From the NCBI GenBank assembly GCA_002269645.1, contig NIVC01003077.1:1-64000 (forward strand): a DNA stretch of 64,000 bases. Direction: 5' to 3'. Both the position numbers and the translations under genes were made by a program. Each line of letters starts with the position of its first letter. The first letter of the stretch is position 1. Under the pieces are notes generated by a model, which was not told the DNA's origin, ran no database searches, and saw only the letters and a list, made by a program, of their open reading frames with translations. The DNA comes from Macrostomum lignano. Taxonomy: Eukaryota. Positions 22,001 to 34,500 of this stretch are shown here, piece by piece.

Positions 22001-25000
22001 AGGCCCTCTCCCTTATCCCTTATCCTTCCATGGAAATCCTCGTGGGGATTTTACTCGCGCTAGCTATTACGAGGCGTTGGGAGTTAAATTTGACAGAATT
22101 GACAGTTTAGCAACATCACCATGCCCTTGTTTCTTATAAAATATTTATGCTTTTTGGAATACTGTAAGCTAAGATGAGCCCTCAGATTCGTTCTATAAGA
22201 TTCTTTGTACCATATAATAGATACACATAACTTTTTTTAACAGTCAGCAAAATTAACAGCATTGAGATGCAATACCCCACTGCAGTTAAGGAGGCATAAC
22301 TTTTGATAAGTTCGTGGTCAGAATTTTGAAAATTCCTTCACTGAGTCATTTTTAAGTAAAGCCGCTATGAAATAAATTGGCGGCTGTTACTCTTTCTGAC
22401 TATTAAAAAGAATCCCCTCGAGGGACACCCCTCGTATTTTGACAAGAAAACAGACATACAAACTGCACATACAGCTAGTTCTCTTCTCATAACTATTGGT
22501 CATCCTCGTTTTGTATTTGCGCTTGGCCAGTGTGGAGATAATGGCATTGTGTGGGCATTGATTATACGATTTCCAATTTATTTGTGTAAATAAAGTTGTT
22601 AGAATACTCGTACAAGTACCAGATGAATACCGCACAAAAACGCACAATATGTACCGCCAGACTACATCCGGGTAAGCCTTGTTCTGTGACACGCAGGGGT
22701 GCTAAAAAATCTGTTCTCCCAATACGGTGCAGTTGTGGTCATTTTTTGATAATGTCGGCCGCTGAACCTGGGGACCGGTGTTCAATCAAGCGACCGACGC
22801 ATTGACGCCTTCATCATCAGCAGCCTCCGGCGACGCCGCGGCAATCCCAGCGATGGTGTTTCTAGTGGCATCTTTCCTGACTCCGGCCTGCTGTCTGGGA
22901 TCTGCTGCTGCTGTCCAGAGGGCGTCGTGCCTGCCTCCGGCCAGGTGCAGCCTTTGGCAGGCCCGGTAGGCCAGGCTGCAGGCGGGGTAGCAGCACAGGC
23001 AGGGCACAAACAAGGCCAGCAGGCAAACGCAGCTCCAGGCCTTCAGCCGGTCCAGCAGACTCGACCGGGCGTCACCGTCGTTTTCGTCGTCTTCTTCGTC
23101 GTAGTCGTCGGCTTCGTTGCCGTTGACTTTCGCGTCGGCGGCGTGACCGACTTTGCCGTGGTTGTCATCCTCGCCGCAGCTGTTGGCCTCCGAGTCGCCT
23201 TGCCGGGCCGACCTGCCGCGACCAACCAGCAACTGGCAGGGGTTGATGTAGTCACCCTCGCTGTCCGCGCAGCAGTGGTAGGACACCCCGTCGGCCAGCG
23301 TCAGGCAGGTCAGGCGCTCGATGCAGACCCTGAGCCGGTCGGGCGCCTCCGGACAGGCGCCTTTCAGGTTGCGCCGATCGTCGTAGAGGCGCAGGCAGTA
23401 GCGACACACCTGCTGGTGAATGCGGCCAGCTCGGCTGGAGGAGCCTGCGGCGGCGGCAGCGGTGCTTGCTGACGCGCCGTTGCGCAGAGCGTCCTGGCGA
23501 ACCAGCGGCACGGTGTTTCGACGCATCGAAATCCTGTTGGAGTCGCCGCGCACGAGATTGCTGCTGTTGCTGCTTGGCTGCTCCTCCGGGTGCTGCTGCT
23601 GCTGTTGCTGGCCCAGAAGGTGCGGATCAATGTCTGCAGAGGTCAGCGAGGTCACAGACGTCAAAGCCGCCATTGCAGCCGCTTCCGGAGCAGTTGCCAT
23701 TATTGCTACTAGAAGGAGAAGCGTGGAATTGGGGTGTTGATCGGTTCTACAAAGATGCAATAAATTTGTTGGCATTGCTTATGAAGCTTCTGGTGGTGTT
23801 GAAAAAGCTTCCAACTCCCCTTAGCTCAATTCCATACTTTTACCGTAGTCTCAGCACCCCCTCGTCCCAAGTTTTCATCCGCAAATAACCGCAGCAGCTG
23901 AAGTCCTCTCGATAAGTCCTCTCGCGCCTTTACTTCAAAGTAACCTACCTATAGTTAGTCGCAAAGAGACCCACAAGCCGGAATATGAAAATTGAATAGT
24001 CCCAGTGGCCCCATAGCCCCCTTCCCGTTCACCTATTTCCCCTTTCTTGCTTGCTTTCTACGTGCCTCGCAACTGTTTCGCATAGCTTAGCTACTAGGCC
24101 TCTTTTGGAACTCGCTTATCTTGCCATTTCTTATCCCAAGTAGCTGGGCGAAGGAATTCCCTCTTTCACCTAACTGCTGGGACTTTTGACAGGTGCTGTT
24201 TATCGCTCACTCACCTTCTCACTCTCCCTGTCACTCGTTGCAAAAAAGACAACTTATAGTGCGCTTATTTCTACTTTGGTCCCCGACCCAGAGCCGCGAA
24301 CCCAACTCTGAACCAGTCCGACGACTGACGCTTTCCCGAACTAGTAGTACTTTTCACTGGGGCATGAGCTAAGCTAGACAACTTTTCTTCCATGGCCCGA
24401 ACAAAGTTCAATTGAAAACTGCTTACACGTGTACAAAATTGGAATTGGCTGTAGCTATTGATTTGATTCTTCTGTGTGCCTTTCTCCCGATTGTGTTTGC
24501 ACAGTTCAGCTTTCTTCTTCTTCTGTTCCTGTTTCTTCCGTTGCTGGTGGGATGATGCAACTGCTAGGGTTAACTTGCGCGATTCTGCTTCCCAGCACAT
24601 CGTCCGTCTTTTAATTCCTCTCGGCAAGCACTCCCTCCCTGTTTCCCCCCCCCCCCCTACTGGCACCCAATATTTTTCAGTCCCGTCTGCAACACTCGCA
24701 GTTTCTTCATTAACGAGTTCTCTTCTCTGGTTGGCTCGGGCTCCTTTAGCAACGTAGATGGCTGGGGAGAGAGAGAGAGAGAGAATGGGAGCGGGGAGGG
24801 CAGAACAGATGGGGCGAGGTCCGCCCGCCCTCTTCCCTATCAGGGCTCGGTGTACGCAGGCTGATGAGGAGGAGGAGCCTGTCCAGCTTCATCAAGCTGG
24901 GATGTATCGCCACCAACGCATTGTTCGACTGCTCATGCAATAGATACGACTCCTAGTTATAGATTTTTCAAAATTACATTACGAGACTAAGCCCAAATAA

Positions 25001-25454
25001 CCTGGTTTCGATTACGATACCGGCTACGTTAATTAATGACCGATTTGCACTGCAAACATTGTGAACTCATGACTGGTCCCCTGTACTCTGAGGACGGTGT
25101 CTGTGCAGTTGTTGCTTAATTTCTTCAGAGGAGCGATCGGCAAACTTTCTTACCTCAAGGGCCAGACAAAGAATCCAGTGCAAGGCTGAGGGCCAGAAGA
25201 GAGAGAGGAAAGAATGGGGAAAAGAAAATGAGAGATTAGAGAAAAGAGAGGTGAGGGATGGGATGAGAGAAAAGATAGAAGATATGAGGAAGAGAGGTGA
25301 GAGAAGAGAGAAGAGAAGAGAGAGGAGAGGGAGAAAGGATGGATGAGAAAGGAGTGAGGATAGGGAAGAAGAGGAGAGAGGAGAGAGGAGAGAGGAGAGA
25401 GGAGAGAGGAGAGAGGAGAGAGGAGAGAGGAGAGAGGAGTGAAGGGAGAAGAGA

Positions 25455-25514
<60 letters not shown>

Positions 25515-28500
25515 GAGAAGAGACACAAACCTTTAAGCGGGCCGGATTGCTATTGCGAAGTTCCAAAGGACCCGAGGGCCGGATAGAGAAACTTCGCTGG
25601 TCGCATTTTGCCCTCGGGCCGGAGTTTGCCGATCCCCGTGGTCTTGGTGTTTCTAATAACACATAGTTCGTAACAACTAAAGAAAAGTATTTTTACCTCA
25701 GTTCCGACACATTTTGACACGAAAACCGTCATTCACACGGCATCAAAACTGTTACGCTCGTAATTGCAGCGTTCAGACGGTCCGCCGCGGAGGAGCTTCT
25801 CCCGGAGGCCGAGCCGCGCGACGGTGCCGGTAGGGCGCCAATTTTCAGTCGGCTGCTTCAGCCGGTTCGGGTGCACGAGCTGCAGCCAGTCAGGTGAGCG
25901 GGGCAGCTGCCATCTGGTTTTGCCTTCTGCTGTGTATGCTGCTATTGATTTTTATTTAGCAAATGCGTCAAGTATAACTTTTGTAAGTTTATGCACTTTT
26001 GGTCTCTGTTTGGTTTCTTCTGCAAGTTTCTTCGGCAAGTTTCTTCGGCTTTCTCTTTCCAACTTTCAAATCCAATGTGAGATCGCGTCTTATCTCTGGT
26101 CTCTCAACTCTACTCTCTTATCTCTGGTCTGTCATCTCTACTGTCTTATCTCTGGTCTCTCATCTCTACTCTCTTATCTCTGGTCTCTCATCTCTACTCT
26201 CTTATCTCTGGTCTCTCATCTCTACTCTCTTATCTCTGGTCTCTCATCTCTACTCTCTTATCTCTGGTCTCTCATCTCTACTTTCTTATTTCTAATCTCT
26301 CATCTCTACTTTCTTATTTCTTTCTGGTCTGTCATCTCTACTGTCTTATCTCTGGTCTCTCATCTCTACTCTCTTATCTCTGGTCTCTCATCTCTACTCT
26401 CTTATCTCTGGTATCTCATCTCTACTTTCTTATTTCTAATCTCTCACCTCTACTCTCTTATTTCTTTCTGGTCTCTCATCTCTACTCTCTTATCTCTGGT
26501 CTCTCATCTCTACTTTCTTATTTTTAATCTCTCACCTCTACTCTCTTATTTCTTTCTGGTCTGTCATCTCTACTGTCTTATCTCTGGTCTCTCATCTCTA
26601 CTCTCTTATCTCTGGTCTCTCATCTCTACTCTCTTATCTCTGGTATCTCATCTCTACTCTCTTATTTCTAATCTCTCATCTCTACTGTCTTATCTCTGGT
26701 CTCTCATCTCTACTCTCTTATCTCTGGTCTCTCATCTCTACTCTCTTATCTCTGGTCTCTCATCTCTACTTTCTTATTTTTAATCTCTCACCTCTACTCT
26801 CTTATTTCTTTCTGGTCTGTCATCTCTACTGTCTTATCTCTGGTCTCTCATCTCTACTCTCTTATCTCTGGTCTCTCATCTCTACTTTCTTATTTTTAAT
26901 CTCTCACCTCTACTCTCTTATTTCTTTCTGGTCTGTCATCTCTACTGTCTTATCTCTGGTCTCTCATCTCTACTCTCTTATCTCTGGTCTCTCATCTCTA
27001 CTCTCTTATCTCTGGTATCTCATCTCTACTCTCTTATTTCTAATCTCTCATCTCTACTGTCTTATCTCTGGTCTCTCATCTCTACTCTCTTATCTCTGGT
27101 CTCTCATCTCTACTTTCTTATTTCTAATCTCTCACCTCTACTCTCTTATTTCTTTCTGGTCTGTCATCTCTACTGTCTTATCTCTTGTCTCTCATCTCTA
27201 CTCTCTTATCTCTGGTCTCTCATCTCTACTCTCTTATCTCTGGTATCTCATCTCTACTTTCTTATTTCTAATCTCTCACCTCTACTCTCTTATTTATTTC
27301 TGGTCTGTCATCTCTACTCTCTCATCTCTACTGTTTCGTCTCTACTCGCATCTCCACTCCCATCTCTAATCTCGAATCTATTTAGCCACTAGCTCTATTC
27401 TAGCTCTTCCCATCCGATGCCAGACTCCGAGTGGAGTATTTCGGCGATCCGAGTCCCCAGGTGGCTTGGCTAAAAGAAGGCGCACCAATCGAATCCTCAC
27501 CGGATGTGAGCATCACGTCGGCGCCGGCCTGGTCCGAGCTGTTCATCCCGTCGGTAGCTCAGTCAGACGCTGGCATGTACACCGCCACGGCGCAGAATCC
27601 GCTGGGCGTTGCCAACACAAAGGCTCGGCTGACTGTGCTGTCTCCCGAGTCTGGCGGCCCCACCCCGGTCAGGGAGGAGGCGCCGGAGTTCGCCACTTTG
27701 ATCCGGGATTTGGCTGTAAGTGGCCTACTTTACTCGCTTTCGATACATATCGGTAATGTTGGATTCGAGATTTCTAGAGTTCGTGAACTTTATTATCTCA
27801 GAGGAGCTTTTGCTGTTGAATACATTGGCTTTGACGTCTAATAAGGTGACATTCAGTGTCTAATAGGGTGACAAACAGTGTCTAATAGGGTGACATACAG
27901 TGTCTAATAGGGTGACATACAGTGTCTAATAGGGTGACATACAGTGTCTAACAGGGTGACATAATGGTGTCTAATAGGGTGACATGTAGAGTCTAATAGG
28001 GTGACATAATGTCTAATAGGCTGATATATAATGTTTAATAGGGTGACTTTAGTGTTTAAGAATGTGACCAAGTGCCAATCAATGCCCATGAATTCACGTA
28101 CAGAAAAATTGCATTTGCATTTGTTTATCAGGTCATAAATCTGTTTTCAGTTTTTTTCCTGAAAAGCTGCTTTTGCTCCAATCTTTTTCATTTGATAGTG
28201 TTCGCCAGTCTACAATTGTCTAATTGGTATTGAAATATCCTACACAGGGCTACACGGTTCGTTCCCAATGGGCTACCGAGTATCCATAATCTGATGCGCA
28301 TAATTAATCCTCCCCCGTAGGCAATCAGGTGAAATCAGGTCAGTCTCTCCCAAATCAAAGAGAACCAAAAGTATTTCAGTATAACTGGGACAGCTGGGAC
28401 AGGGAGAGAGAATTCCTAATTTTATTACAGCATTTCCCCAGGCTACTTCGCTATTATTAGCCGAATTAGCGAATTAGCGAATTAGCCGAATAAGCCTTTT

Positions 28501-31500
28501 GTTCCTTTTTTGTGCTTGCTATGAAAAAAGTGAATTGAGCTAATTCTCCTCGCAACCAAGTGTCTACTCAATGCAAGCGAAATACGCAATATACGCAAAA
28601 TCTTTCATGAGCCATTTTTACTTATTTTGAGCAGTTCATAATGACTCTACTGGCAGTAGTGCGCATCGAATCTTTCTCAAGATTCCGCGAAGCTGTTCAC
28701 CTAACTTTTAAGTACTCGCACAGTTCACATGTATTTAGATTCACAAGATCAATAATCTGTGCATGTCACTCTCAGCTCACTCTGCATGTCATGTCACTCT
28801 CAGCTCACTCAGCATCTCATGTCACTCTCAGCTCACTCTGCATCTCATGTCACTCTCAGCTCACTCTGCATGTCATGTCACTCTCAGCTCACTCTGCATC
28901 TCATGTCACTCTCAGCTCACTCTGCATCTCATGTCACTCTCAGCTCACTCAGCATCTCATGTCACTCTCAGCTCACTCAGATCACTCGGCGTCACTCTCA
29001 GCTCACTCAGCATCTCATGTCACTCTCAGCTCACTCTGCATCTCATGTCACTCTCAGCTCACTCTGCATCTCATGTCACTCTCAGCTCACTCTGCATCTC
29101 ATGTCACTCTCAGCTCACTCTGCATCTCATGTCACTCTCAGCTCACTCTGCATCTCATGTCACTCTCAGCTCACTCTGCATCTCATGTCACTCTCAGCTC
29201 ACTCTGCATCTCATGTCACTCTCAGCTCACTCTGCATCTCATGTCACTCTCAGCTCACTCTGCATCTCATGTCACTCTCAGCTCACTCAGATCACTCGGC
29301 GTCACTCTCAGCTCACTCAGCATCTCATGTCACTCTCAGCTCACTCAGCATCTCATGTCACTCTCAGCTCACTCAGATCACTCGGCGTCACTCTCAGCTC
29401 ACTCTGCATCTCATGTCACTCTCAGCTCACTCAGATCACTCGGCGTCACTCTCAGCTCACTCAGCATCTCATGTCACTCTCAGCTCACTCAGCATCTCAT
29501 GTCACTCTCAGCTCACTCTGCATCTCATGTCACTCTCAGCTCACTCAGATCACTCGGCGTCACTCTCAGGAAGTAGAAAAATTTTCAAATCACTCACAGT
29601 TGGTCACTCAGTTTTTTCGTGTCACTAAACTCTCGGGTCTCATGTCTGTCACTAAAGCCATTGGCCCCTTGCCCTCCCAGGTGTCCGCAGGCGAACCGGT
29701 GACCCTGTCATGCACCGTGACCGGCCAGCCAAGGCCCAGCATTCACTGGCGTCACGAGGGCCGCCCGGTGCCCGAGAATTCGCCCACCTGCCGCACCCTT
29801 GTGGAGGAGAGCCAAGCCATGCTCATCATTTTCGAGGCCCAACCGTCGGACGCCGGACGCTACGAGTGCGTGGCCGCCAACCCGTCCGGCCAGGCCGCCT
29901 GCTCTGCGCAGCTGACTGTGCACCCGGCCCTCACGGAGTCGGCCACCGCGCCAGTTTTCGCTAGGCCGCTGCAGAGCCAGACGGCAACAGAGAACCAACG
30001 AGTAGTGCTCACCTGCCAGGTTGAATCGCAGCCGCCGCCTGAGGTGTCCTGGTACTTCCAGACCAATCAGATTCGACCTTCGAAGTATTTCGAGATTCTT
30101 GAACAGCCAGAGGTCGGGGCTTACAGCCTGGTGGTGACTCGGGCGCACCCCGACGACTCCGGGACCTACACAGCAGTAGCCCGCACCGAGCTGGGAGAGT
30201 CGCGCTCCTCAGCTGTACTGCAGGTGCAGCCGCAGCAGCAACAGCAACAACCAGCCAGAATTGTCAGGCCAATGTCAGCAGAGGTCACCGTCCGCGAAGG
30301 CGACCGCGTCAGCCTGGAGGTTGAAGCGGTTGGCGAGCCCGAGCCGACAGCCGCCTGGTTTCGTGAGGGCACCGAATTGGACAGTTCGCCCGATTTTCAA
30401 GTGAGTCTGGCGACCATTTCTTTGCTACTAATAGTAATATATCTTTTTGCAGCCCATTTAGGCTTACGCGCATTGAATTTAATCAAAAATGCGTTTGCCA
30501 ATGTAACGAAGCTTTTGTCTATGGTAGCAAGGCTGGCACAGCGGCATTTCATTTGGTCCAACAAGCATCAATTTGGTCCATTTTTTTATTAGAGGCAGGG
30601 GGGTTGTGTGCACCCTGACGCACTTCAAGCGACATAGGCACAAAACCGGCGAGAGGCATTACTGCCCATTCCGCCGACTCCCCTGAGCAGGCATACAAGC
30701 GCGCGGATACGTATGCAGGCACACACTCACACAGGAGTGTACAGCAGCCCTAACTTTATTTTATCGTTAGGCATGTACACTTCACTGCGCCTTGGGGGTT
30801 GGCTCTCAAGGCCGTTAATTGCACGAGCAGAGCCAAGCCGAGATTCCAATTCAGCCCCAAATTAATGTGACTGCACTTGGAATCGAGCCTGGGTCGCTGG
30901 CACACCAGAGCCTGCGCTAGACCGCTGGGCTACGGCCCCCCTTCAATTTGGTTCATAGCTTCATTTGCAACTGCTGCGGAGGAGCAAGCTCAGCCCCAGA
31001 ATTGTAGACCATATGCTAGGCTGTCGAACGAATGCCATTGGCTTGTGATCGAAGCGCTCGACATAGGTGAACAACCAAAGGACATTGCAGACGGTTGCGA
31101 GAAGACAAGAGTTTGTCGAATGGCTTACGAGCATTTGGACCAAAGAGATGCTTGTTGGACCAAATTAAATGCGGCTGTGCCAGCCTTGCTACCATAGACA
31201 AAAGCTCCGTTACATTGGCAAACGTATAAAAAAGCAGATTTTGGTATTTTGGTTGCTAAATAGACTGTCCTCGAAGCATACGCTTGTAATTTAAGCTGAG
31301 TCATGGAGGGGCAAAAACTCTGAGTTGTGATAAAATACACAGGGTAGGACTTGAAACCCAAGAAACCGTTTCAGCATTGTAAAAGCTGGAATAGATGGCC
31401 TATACAGTATGCCGGGGTTGTTTCTACTTCGTATTTCATCCTGTCAGTCACGTATCGCCATAATCTTTCGCAGATTTCAAAGTCTGGCCGGCTGTACGCT

Positions 31501-34500
31501 CTGATCATTCCGGAGGCGTTTCCTGAGGACAGCGGCAAATTTCTAGTGCGAGTTGTTAATCCGTTCGGCAAGGACGAGAGCCAGTGCCAGCTAAGGGTGC
31601 TCGGTGAGTTTAAATAGCATGCCGGACATGAGCTGATGCTAGAGCAATAGAGCATGATTGCCGTGCCGTTTGCAAAGCACAGAGATAATTTAGCGTAATT
31701 TTTTAATCCGAGCTGGCTCCTGTACGAGTGTAATGTGATTTGCGATCAGACTAGACAAATAGGGGTTGCATTGTCCCACGCATTCAAGGCTACTAAAAAT
31801 ACATTCGTGAGACAATGTGCTTGTACAGATGGTTCTGTCATGAACAATGGATAAATAATCAACAGTCCAAGTGCGTGAGTGTTGTCAAGTACTGCGACCG
31901 CTGATTCTTTGCATTGTTATGCTGCTTGACGATCATTGTTTGTAGTAATGGATTGTTCTGCATAAAAATTTGAATAATTATAGTCAAATTGCTAAAAGTT
32001 GCTAGTCACTTGTTAAAAATTCAATCATTGTCTGTCTCTAAACCATAGACGCAGTTTACAATTGTATGCCTCTAAAACCATAGACACAACCGACCATTGT
32101 CTGCCTCTAAAACCACAGACACAACCGACCATTGTATGCCTCTAAAACCATAGACACAACCGACCATTGTCTGCCTCTAAACCATAGACGCAGTTTACAA
32201 TTGTATGCCTTTAAAACCATAGACACAACCGACCATTGTCTGCCTCTAAAACCACAGACACAACCGACCATTGTATGCCTCTAAAACCACAGACACAACC
32301 GACCATTGTCTGCCTCTAAAACCATAGACACAACCGACCATTGTATGCCTCTAAAACCATAGACACAACCGACCATTGTCTGCCTCTAAACCATAGACGC
32401 AGTTTACAATTGTATGCCTTTAAAACCATAGACACAACCGACCATTGTCTGCCTCTAAAACCACAGACACAACCGACCATTGTATGCCTCTAAAACCATA
32501 GACACAACCGACCATTGTCTGCCTCTAAAACCATAGACACAACCGACCATTGTCTGTCTCTAAAATCACAGACACAACCGACCATTGTCTGCCTCTAAAC
32601 CATAGACGCAGTTTACAATTGTATGCCTTTAAAACCATAGACACAACCGACCATTGTCTGCCTCTAAAACCACAGACACAACCGACCATTGTATGCCTCT
32701 AAAACCATAGACACAACCGACCATTGTCTGCCTCTAAAACCATAGACACAACGACCATTGTCTGCCTCTAAAATCACAGACACAACCGACCATTGTCTGC
32801 CTCTAAAACCATAGACACAACCGACCATTGTATGCCTCTAAAACCATAGGCACAACCGACCATTGTCTGCCTCTAAAACCACAGACACAACCGACCATTG
32901 TCTGCCTCTAAAACCACAGACACAATCTACCATTGTCTGCCTCTAAAACCACAGACACAATCTACCATTGTCTGCCTCTAAAACCATGGGCACAATCTAC
33001 CATTGTCTGCCTCTAAAACCATAGGCACAACCGACCATTGTCTGCCTCTAAAATCACAGACACAACCGACCATTGTCTGCCTCTAAAACCACAGACACAA
33101 TCTACCATTGTCTGCCTCTAAAACCATGGGCACAATCTACCATTGTCTGCCTCTAAAACCACAGACACAATCTACCATTGTCTGCCTCTAAAACCATAGA
33201 CACAATCTACCATTGTCTGCCTCTAAAACCACAGACACAATCTACCATTGTCTGCCTCTAAAACCATGGGCACAATCTACCATTGTCTGCCTCTAAAACA
33301 ATGGGCACAATCTACCATTGTCTGCCTCTAAAACCATAGACACAACCGACCATTGTCTGCCTCTAAAACCATAGACACAACCGACCATTGTCTGCCTCTA
33401 AAACCATAGACACAATCTACCATTGTCTGCCTCTAAAACCATAGACACAATCTACCATTGTCTGCCTCTAAAACCACAGACACAATCTACCATTGTCTGC
33501 CTCTAAAACCATGGGCACAATCTACCATTGTCTGCCTCTAAAACCACAGACACAATCTACCATTGTCTGCCTCTAAAACCATAGGCACAACCGACCATTG
33601 TCTGCCTCTAAAACCACAGACACAATCTACCATTGTCTGCCTCTAAAACCATAGACACAACCGACCATTGTCTGCCTCTAAAACCACAGACACAATCTAC
33701 CATTGTCTGCCTCTAAAACCATGGGCACAATCTACCATTGTCTGCCTCTAAAACCATAGACACAACCGACCATTGTCTGCCTCTAAAACCACAGACACAA
33801 TCTACCATTGTCTGCCTCTAAAACCATGGGCACAATCTACCAGATCACATCGCTAATATCAGTCACATGATTTGGTTCAAACGATTTAAACGAATCTTTG
33901 TTATCGAAAAACAAGTTAGCGAGCTTTTCGCCCAAGATTGCCACTCGAACGAACGTGAGCTTAAGTGACACTATAGTACGAGTAGTCCGTGAGTTTTGTA
34001 TGTTCCAAAGATTATTTTCAGTAAACTTGCATGTAGATTGCATGCTTTTTTAAAGTATGAGTGACTGGCTCCAATCTAGTAGGCAGTTTCTAGTAGAGGC
34101 ATACCTGCTAGGTAAAGCAGGTAAAGCACGAACTTGTATTTAAATTTATCACTCGTTGACGCTTGCACTTTTTCATCATGCAATCCACATATACTATATA
34201 TGTGCAACACGTACGGTACTAGCCAGGTTCAGCATGCCCCATTGCATGATTAGCTGTTTGATTCAGCAAGTTCATCTACTGTCTGTCTAAAGACGCTTTA
34301 TTGCTGTGCCATCTTCAATTCTGCATGGACTTTTAAATAACATTGGTGAGTTTTTGCACGCTGTTTTATATCCCTTAAATTTTAATGCAATGCCCATAGC
34401 GTTCTATAATACTTCGGAGCATCTGGAGGAAAGGGTCGATCACCGAAATTACAGTTCCAACCTTGCTAAGATTCTAATAAAAACTTTATCATTAGCAAGA

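Noticed and set aside
24271-24666. Minus-strand ORF as a candidate EVH1 exon of the SPRED-like gene
   Set aside because: No EVH1 motifs, low complexity, and splicing at 24426 to either acceptor gives an immediate stop.
25067-29628. Long Leu/Ser/His-rich ORFs
   Set aside because: Products of the GA tract and the 28-bp minisatellites. Only 25770-25893, 27424-27715 and 29681 onward are real exons.
30870-30942. tRNA gene (also 20285-20355)
   Set aside because: A and B boxes are present but the cloverleaf pairs poorly, and the head continues into a SINE body with tail and TSD.
32025-33840. 35-bp array (and the 28-bp arrays) as a CRISPR array
   Set aside because: Head-to-tail repeats with no unique spacers, no cas genes, and a eukaryotic intron context.
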